Positions 21,388 through 28,852 of a stretch of 28,852 bases of DNA are shown piece after piece. Origin of the DNA: Chiloscyllium plagiosum. Lineage: Eukaryota. The notes under the pieces were generated by a model, which saw only the letters and a program-made list of their open reading frames with translations, made no database searches and was not told the origin of the DNA. The stretch covers positions 18,321,325-18,350,176 of the forward strand of contig NC_057751.1 in assembly GCF_004010195.1 (NCBI RefSeq), written 5' to 3'. A program made the position numbers and the translations under genes. The number at the start of each line of letters is the position of its first letter. The stretch's first letter is position 1.

Positions 21388-22307
21388 CCATGAATCCAGC
21401 ATAGGCAGTAGACAAGTCACTGCAATTTTCTGATCGTTTATCAAGTTTGATATCAAAGGATGAACAGTCTGTCGGGACAGAATTTTCAATCTTGTTGAGA
21501 TGTTTGGAGCAGCGTGATGGTACCTAACTGTGCTATTCAAGAAGGTTTCCTCAATTTCCTCCTCTCACTCTGGTCCATCTTCCATCTGCTTGGAGAGGAC
21601 TTTTCTCCGAAAAAAAACGATACAATCATGACCTCTCCTGCCCTAAATTCACTCTCTTCTCCGTGTCTGTTCAGATCATCCAGCGGGGAATTAAACTAGG
21701 CCCAGTGCAGTTCCTCACGTCATGAGTTCCACATCGTGTGGAATTCAACCCATGAGTTCTTGGCCAATGTACAGCTATCGTAGCATGAAGTTTTTTTCGC
21801 CAACTTCCTCTCCTCCAACGTATAAATTTCATCTTCGAATTAAAATAGCTCTTGCAATCTTTTTCTGGTGCCTCCCAATCAGAATATTCCTACCTGAGCA
21901 GTTATTGATGCATCATATTTCTAGGATTGTGCTATTTTCTCTATGCTTGTCAATTGACTGAACGTTATTTGCCAATGGCCATAGGATGTAAAGCTCTGAC
22001 GTCATTTGAAAATTCCCCACATTTATCTGAGGGTTTGTTAACCATTCTTTCAAAGCTTATATTCAAAAACAAAAGAAAACACATTTATTAAAAGGTGCAT
22101 TTGCGCCAGATGATTTGTTGATGATAGTTCCAGATTTCCTCCATCTTCATTTTCGATCATTACTCACATTTTTTTGTCATATGCCAAAATCTTGGAAAGT
22201 CAAATACTGCTGTAGCAGCTCTTCAATTGCAGCTCATGCGATTGCATAAATATGAGGTTAATTCATTTCTGAAGTATCATAAATTTACTCGACATGTTGA
22301 AAATCCA

Positions 22308-24000
22308 AAATAGAAACAAAAACTTGGCCATTGAGCATATTAAGCCTGCATCACACTTCAAGTGCTAATCGAGCAAACACAGTATCCCATTCATGCTTTC
22401 TCTTCGTATCCCTGGATCCTTTTTGCCACAATGGCCACATCCAGATCCATCTTAAATATATCTAATAAATTGGGCCCAACAGCTTCCTGTGGGAGAGAAT
22501 TCCACAGGTTCGCATCTCTCTGAGTGAAGACACTCATTCTCATCCCAGTCTTGACTGGCTTACACCTTATTTTTAGAATATGGCCGCTAGTTCTGAACTT
22601 GCCCAGCTTCAAAAACAGCATTCACGTTTCTAGCATATCCAGTCCCACCAAGATATTAAATGTTTTTATGATTTCTTCCCCACCAACATTTTTCTAAAAT
22701 CCTGCGATTACAGGTCCACTCGATCCAAACTTTCTTTACATGTCAGTGCAGCCATCCTGGAAATTAATCTGGTGAACCGTTGCTTGACTTCATTAACAAC
22801 GAGAATATCCTCCCTCAGACTGGGAGACCAAAACCATCCACAATGCGCAAGGTGTGGCCTCAACTAGCCCCTGTATAACAGCAGCAAGACATCCTTACTC
22901 CGAAGCTCACATCGTCTCGCTATTAATACCAGGTTTCCTCACCACCATTTGCACCTACACGCAAACCGTCAGCGACTGTTACAAACGTAACAACCAACTT
23001 TCGTTGCACCTCACCGTTTCCTAAACTGCCACCATTCAGGTAATAATCGGTTCTCCTTTTTCTGAAACGAAAGGGGAAAATATCACAATTATCGACATAA
23101 TACTGCACTTGCCCACATAGCTGGTTTGTCCAAGTAACACTGCATCCTCTTCGCATCCTCCTCAAAGTATACACTGCCATCCAGCTTCCTGTGACTTGAA
23201 AATTTGGACACATTGCATTGAATTCCATCATCGAAATCATTAATGCATGATGTACACAGCTGAGGTCCCAGCACTGAACCCTGCAGACCCTGCTTGTCGC
23301 TGCCGGCCAGTCTGAAAAGGACTAGTTTATTCCAGTTCTCAGCTTCCTGTCTGCCAGCTACTTCTCTATCCATCTGATTACCCTACGTCCGAAACATGAG
23401 CTATAATTATCTTATGAAGCTCTTTTGTGGAACCTTGTGAAAAGCCTGTTGGAACTATCAGTGTATAGAATTTACTTATTCACCTTTGTCCACTCTTCTA
23501 ATGACACACTAAAATAATTGCAGTAAGATTGTCAAGCGTGATTTCCATTTAGTCTATAATGACGAGGTCAGCTTCTGTCACCACTTTCTAAATCCTCAGT
23601 TATTACATAATTGACTCCAGTATTTCCCCTTCATTGATGTCAGGATAAGCAGGCTATAATTCTCTATTTTCACTCTCCACCCCACTCATTGTAAAAAGTG
23701 GGTTTACATCAGCTACCCATCATTCGATTGAAATGCTTTCAGAATACAAATGCAGGAAAATAATCACCAATATGTGCACTATTTCTAACTCGAATTCCTT
23801 AAGTACATTAGTATGCAGAGCATTAGGCCATGGGTATTATCGGGTTTTAATCTCATTAGTTGCCGCAGTTACGTTTCCTGATGAAGAGGGATTTTATTTA
23901 GTTCCTAATTCATGCTTAACACTCCCTCCCCAAGCATTTCCTGGAATTTATTTGCATCTTCCACAGTGAAAACAAATACAAAATATTTGTTCAACTGACC
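22308..24000 (-). mobile_element. Degenerate CR1 LINE (RT domain to tail)
   Basis: QGSVLGPQL...INDFDDGIQCNVSKF in ORF 23089..23373; RTSGHILKI...FTQRDANLWNSLP in ORF 22391..22621. Confidence 0.88.
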
Positions 24001-24004
24001 TACG

Positions 24005-24196
24005 AGTGGTTAGCACTGCTGCCTCACTGTGCTAGGGTCCCGGGTTCAATTCCAGCCTTGGGCCACTGTCTGTGTGGAGTTTGAACATTCTTCCTATGTC
24101 TGCGTGGGTTTCCTCCGGATGCTCCGGTTTCCTGCCACAGTCCAAAGATGCGCTGTTCAGGTGAATTGGCCATGATAAATTGCCCATAGTGTTAGG
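24005..24196 (+). mobile_element. HE1-type V-SINE (head and V-domain, tail missing)
   Basis: agtggttagcactgctgcctcac...cccgggttcaattcc...gtctgtgtggagtttg...gtctgcgtgggtttcctccggatgctccggtttcc. Confidence 0.92.
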
Positions 24197-24324
24197 AGTC
24201 TATGCAATTCATGACAAGGTCAGAAGAGAGATCACAGACGTACCTGATTCCAGGCTCGATCAGGATGCATTCTGATTTCCATTCCTCTATCACAAACATA
24301 CAAGTGTAGTTCGCATATGCAGTA

Positions 24325-25445
24325 CAGAGGAACCTCGATTATACGAAGGAGATGGGAGTGCACTACTTCATTCAGAGAACTGATTATTTCGTTCATTGAT
24401 TCAATGTCTCTTCTCTCGGACTTGGAGATTCCTGATAAGCCCGCTGTCCGTTCAGGAGACGAATAGGCAGCACACCGTGCGTGGGCCCAAGCCGCTCCGT
24501 CCGTCCCAAACCCTGTTCAACCCTGTCCCAACCCCATTCAACCCCACCCCGCAACCCCAACCCCCAAACACAGCTCCATCTGCCCCCAACCCGCCTGCCC
24601 GCCAACCCCGTCCAAAACCTCGAACATACCGCAACCCCGTCGAACACCACCCGCTCCCACACCTAACCCCGTCCAACACTGCACGATCCGTCCACTACAT
24701 GTCCCAACCCTTTCAAATAAAGACACCTTGCCCTCCACTATTCTCCACACCCGTCCAACACCACCCACCAACTCCCAACACCGTCCAATACCGCCCTGCT
24801 GACTGCCCCAATCCCGAATGCTATTTAACACTGATGCCCTACCCGACCCCACTATCCAACTTCGTCCAAAACCGCCAACCTCTCCCCGCATCCAACCCTG
24901 ACCAACACCACCTCCCCTCCACCAGCCCATCTCTGTCCGCACCAGGCCCCTCTCTGGGCCAGCCAGACTGGACACCAGTAACAAGACTGCTGCTGCTTTT
25001 GCTGCCATTTAGGGGTGAGTCTCCCATTAGCGTGCACACACACAAACATACACACACACAGCCAAACACACGATGTTTTACTGCATCTTTCGTCAAGGTT
25101 CCACGTTTGTCCGGCACAGGACAATGTAGGAAAAAATATCTGAGGAAGGTGGTTTAAGGCTACACTCCTGTGTCGAATTCCAAGTAAAGTGTGAGGGGTG
25201 AGAGAGACGAGGGGGAAGTTAGCCATTTGGAGACTAATCTGTGCTCCCATCGATGTCCAGGAGTGTTCACGGCAGCGAGTGTTCATGGTAAGCCGAGTTC
25301 AATTTTAATCATTATAAATAGAAGACACGATCAATATTGCAAACACGTCATTGATGTATTGTTTTTTTTTATCGGGGACCTCAAGGTCTCCTTCGGATAA
25401 TCCAATATTTAGATAAATGATATTTGGATAATCAAGGTTCCTGTG
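24325..25445. mobile_element. Non-autonomous Tc1/mariner-superfamily (pogo/Tigger-like) DNA transposon, 1121 bp
   Basis: TA at 24323-24324 and 25446-25447; TIRs CAGAGGAACCTCGATTATACGAA (24325-24347) and the reverse complement of 25423-25445, CACAGGAACCTTGATTATCCAAA (19/23); subterminal TTCGGATAAT-like repeats; no transposase seen. Confidence 0.85.
24495..24935 (+). repeat. C-rich degenerate minisatellite (core AACCCCGTCCAACACCACCC)
   Basis: Recurring aaccccgtccaa / acccgtccaacaccaccc / aacaccgtccaa / aaccctgaccaacaccacc units about 25-40 nt apart. Confidence 0.8.
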
Positions 25446-25599
25446 TATTTGATATTCTGTCAAAGGCAGATGAAGTAGCTGTCAGTGTCTTGTGCACAGC
25501 GGCCCCCTCAATTACCAATCTCTTAAGGAAGTTGAAGGAACTGCTCAGGAAGATCCCATTTACTCTGGAGCTGACATGAATCGAATGTTGAAGATTGTT

Positions 25600-26580
25600 T
25601 CAATTCAGATAGCTGTGAGATGGTGACACTGCACAGAACAAAAATATTCAATCACATATATGATGAATGGTAGATCACTTGAAAGCACTGGGGATCAGAG
25701 GACTTCTGCATGTATGCCTGCTCAGACCATGGAAGTACTTCGACAGGGAGCGAGAGTGGTTTAGAAAGTATTCACGATGCTTATATGTATTAGCTGAGGC
25801 ACAGGATTATGACTGATGCTGAAACTGAGACAACTCTTAGTTGGGCCACATGGCCACAGGAGTGTTTGCAATTTTAATTTCCATATGGCAGCGCACATGC
25901 AATAGCAGCAGAGAGGATGCATAGGAGATTTACTAGAATGTTACCTGGACTAGATTGTTTTTTGCTGTGAAAAGAAATTGGAGAGATTGTCGTTGTTTTC
26001 TTTGATGCATTGGATCCGAGAAGTTGGGACATGACTGAGATGTATACAATTAGAACGATCATAAATTGGGCACAGGAAGAAACGTTATTCTTCAATACAT
26101 TGCGCAATTACAGTGGCCACAGATTTATTGAAAGGGGGGAGCATTCAGAGAAGACGTGATCAATTGCTTTAGAACATAGAAGATAGAAAATTGCAACACA
26201 GCAGAGGCCCGTCGGCCCTCGATGTTGCGCCGAACTGTTGAACGAATCTGAATCCTATCCAACCTACAATATTCAATTTTCAGCCATAAATTTATTGAAT
26301 GACCATTTAAGTGTCCATAAAGTTGACGAGTCTACTACTGTTGCCAGCAGTGGGTTCCACGTCCCTCCTACACTGAGTAAAGAAACTACATCTGTGGTTT
26401 TCATCCACAGCATGGTGAGAATCTGAAACCCGCTGCCTGTAATTGTTTCAGAGGCACAAACCTTAGAGTAGAAGTTTGATATATACCTGGGAAGCCATGT
26501 ACTTGTTTGAAATGGTTAGCTTATTTTTTTAAACTGCACAGGTTCGATGGGTTGCATGTTTTTCAGTACAGTCGCTTTTC
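25600..26580 (+). mobile_element. Highly degenerate CR1 3' region, split by the 26171-26390 insertion
   Basis: gagaggatgcataggagatttactagaatgttacctgg (ERxxRRFTRMLPG) and continuation after 26392 to a tail-like end. Confidence 0.65.
26171..26390 (-). mobile_element. Short CR1 3' tail insertion
   Basis: agaacatagaagatagaa...ggccctcgatgttgcgccg...gagtctactactgttgcc, the same tail type as 5752 and 17374. Confidence 0.85.
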
Positions 26581-26619
26581 CTTTTCTGACTCTCTCACAT
26601 CATTTGGCAGAACATAAAC

Positions 26620-27110
26620 GGTCCAGCTAAGCCTCCTGCAGTCATTCCCAAAATTAAAGATGCCAATCTTCACGCCTTGATTCACTCCATGCAATATCAA
26701 AGAATGCTTGTAGGCATTGATTGTACACGAAGTGCAGGATAAGTTCAATTGCCGCCCAGGAAATTGACTCATGATCATCAATAAAGCCATGGAAGATGTG
26801 ACCAGATGTACAGTCAAGCAGCACCGGCTCAGTAGTGATCAGGCCATTGACTTCCAGTTTGTGTTCTGCCAGGAACATTCAGCTACTGAGGTATATTATA
26901 GCCTTGGTTCATACACGGACGAAAGCAGAATTCTAGAGGTGAGGTAAAAGTGACAGCTCTGTGACTCAAGGCCGCATTTGTGTCACATCGAGGAGCCCAA
27001 ACAAAGCTGGAATCAACAATTATCTGGAGTTAAACACATCTGCATTGGTTGAATAGGAGCAAGAGATTTTATTGGCCGATAACCAGGAAATTATCCATTC
27101 TGGAAGGTCC
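26620..27110 (+). mobile_element. Degenerate L2/CR1-like LINE RT fragment
   Basis: atcatcaataaagccatggaa, cagtttgtgttctgccagg (QFGFR-like) and gactcaaggccgcatttg (DIKAAFD-like); probably the same family as 8400-9400. Confidence 0.65.
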
Positions 27111-27143
27111 ATTTGCAGCTATTTGGAAAAATTAAATTTCAAA

Positions 27144-27431
27144 GTTTGTGAGAAGATTTGTAGCTCGGATGCTTGTAGTTGTGGTTCTGTTCGCCGAGCT
27201 GGGAATTTGTGTTGCAAACGTTTCTTCCCCTGTCTAGGTGACATCCTTAGTCTCCAATATAGCAGACAGCTGGGACGGATAACTGGAAGCGGCAGAGACA
27301 AACCACTATAAATGCCAGAGCAAACAACACAGAAGCGCTTCACAGGAGGCTCCCAAGCACTGAGGATTTCACCTAGACAGGGACGAAACGTCTGCAACAC
27401 AAATTCCCAGCTTGGCGAACAGAACCACAAC
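27144..27431. mobile_element. Fold-back Penelope-like terminal-repeat insertion (second family)
   Basis: Inverted arms 27178-27251 and 27359-27431; candidate 16-bp TSD AAAATTAAATTTCAAA (27128-27143) / AAAATCAAATTGCAAA (27432-27447); hammerhead cores in both arms. Confidence 0.82.
27357..27395 (+). ncRNA. Minimal type I hammerhead ribozyme motif (PLE-associated)
   Basis: GCA-CTGAGGA-tttcacctagacagggac-GAAA-CGTC-TGC: stem I GCA/TGC, stem II TC..CCT/AGG..GA, ACGT palindrome and a GUC triplet. Confidence 0.7.
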
Positions 27432-27859
27432 AAAATCAAATTGCAAATTAACATTCAAATCAGAGGTAATCAAAATAAATGCCGGGGTAAATAGTCACCC
27501 AATTCTAACGGAGGTCTGTAGTGGTGTAGCTGTAACAGTAATTGCAGCACCAGTCTTTAATGGAAATTCACTCTGGACTCCAAATCGTGCACATTAACCA
27601 GGCCTCGATGTGTCTTATACATTTTCAGAGATCATTCCGTCATGCAATGTAAATGCTAAAAGTATTGTCAGAGAGGTATTTATATGTATCAGTTGATACA
27701 CAATAAAAACAGAAATACAATCAAATCCAGGATGCAATTTTACATCAAAGCCATTCATGGAAATTACGGTTAGCTGAAGGATAAATAAAATTAAATCAAC
27801 TATGCATTATACAGAATCACGTTGGAATGGTGACATTAAAATTTAAAGACCATGGACTA

Positions 27860-28454
27860 AAGGGATACCATTTTCCTGAGGGTGAGGGGTGGGATGAATT
27901 TGCTAATGCTCTTCGGTAGGGTTTACAATAATTCAGCGGGGTGATGGGAACCTAAATTGTAGTTCATATGTCCAGGAGGTTGAGAGCAGTGAGGTCAGAA
28001 ATAAGGTTTCACGTTCACAAGTGCGCACTGGCAAGCAGGAAGGTGACTAGAAGTGTGTCTACTTCAAATCCAGGAGCATCTGGAATAAGATGGGTGAAAT
28101 TGCAACACGGACTTGTACCTGGGATTTCGATGTTGTCGCCATTTTGATACATTGATATCGCAGGGACAGGAATTCTTCTTGCAGGTTCCGGGATTTAGAT
28201 GTTACAGAAAGAACAGGGAAGCTCGTAAAAAGAAGGCGAGGTGTGCCAGTGTTAGTCAAGGACGATAATACGGTTTCAAAATAATGTTTGAGGACTCGTC
28301 TGCTGAGGTCGTATGGGCTGAGGTTTGAAACAGGAAAGGGGAGGCCACTCTGTTGAGAGTTTTGACTCGGCTTCCGAATAGTTCACGGAGATGTAGAGAA
28401 AAGGATTGCAACAACAATTCTCGGTAGGAATGAGTGTAATAGGGTATTTGTTAT
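27860..28454 (+). mobile_element. CR1 ORF1 end / ORF2 endonuclease N-terminus, degenerate
   Basis: KCVYFKSRSIWNKMGEIATRTCTWDFDVVAI resembles YFNARSIRNK...WDFDVVAISETW; GGVxVLV and EVVWAEV motifs follow. Confidence 0.88.
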
Positions 28455-28581
28455 AGAAGAATACAGCGCAGTATAGGCCCTTTGGCCCTTGATGTTGCGC
28501 CGATCCAAGCCCACCTAACCTACACTAGCCCACTATCCTCCATATGCCTATCCAATGCCCGCTTAAATGCCCATAAAGAGG
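28455..28581 (-). mobile_element. Short CR1 3' tail, same family as 5752-5890
   Basis: gatgttgcgccgatccaagcccacctaacctacactagcccactatcctccatatgcctatccaatgcc is nearly identical to about 5800-5870. Confidence 0.92.
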
Positions 28582-28852
28582 CGTGTTGTTGTGGTCTGGC
28601 GATGGAGGAGTCCAAAGACCTGCATATCCTTGGTGGAATGGTAGGGAGAGTTGAAGTGTTGAGCCACAGGGTGGTTGGGTTGGTTGGTCCGGGTGTCCCA
28701 GAAATGTTCTCTGAAACGTTCCGCAAGTAGGCGGCCTGTCTCCCCAATATAGAGGAGGCCACATCGGGTGCAGAGGATGCAATAGATGATGTGTGTGGAG
28801 GTGCAGGTGAATCTGTGGCGGATATGGAAGTTTCCTGTGGGGCCTTGGAGGG
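28580..28852 (-). mobile_element. Penelope-like element, GIY-YIG endonuclease domain (continues beyond the window)
   Basis: Hand translation of the minus strand from 28850: LQGPTGNFHIRHRFTCTSTHIIYCILCTRCGLLYIGETGRLLAERFREHFWDTRTNQPNHPVAQHFNSPYHSTKDMQVFGLL, with IIY...YIG and no stops. Confidence 0.93.

Noticed and set aside
23878..23905. CTGATGA hammerhead-like core
   Set aside because: No stem II or GAAA follows; it lies inside a CR1 remnant.
24495..24935. CRISPR-like repeat/spacer pattern
   Set aside because: Units are degenerate, the intervening sequence is itself low-complexity, the context is eukaryotic and no cas genes are present.
24396..25157. 253-aa Pro-rich ORF and overlapping Gly-rich antisense ORFs
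   Set aside because: They derive from a C-rich minisatellite within a TIR element; no domain or splice evidence.

Overview
Eukaryotic, repeat-dense vertebrate DNA. The mix of CR1/HER1-type LINEs, HE1 V-SINEs and Penelope-like elements points to a cartilaginous fish, probably a shark (inference from recalled repeat families). I can support one host gene: an intact two-exon, minus-strand class A GPCR of the GPR139/GPR142-like group. Its CDS is complement(join(10632..11533,13162..13468)), 402 aa, with a phase-1 GT-AG intron, and its N-terminus is built from about 8 degenerate 7-aa repeats ([VMI]-D-W-N-V-x-T). Most of the rest is nested transposon debris: many CR1 fragments, L2/CR1-like fragments, tRNA-derived SINEs and a TA-flanked pogo/Tigger-like non-autonomous DNA element carrying a C-rich minisatellite. 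There are also Penelope-like (GIY-YIG) elements, including short TSD-flanked or fold-back insertions that carry minimal hammerhead-ribozyme motifs. Repeat boundaries are approximate unless a TSD or TIR is quoted; no database searches were run.
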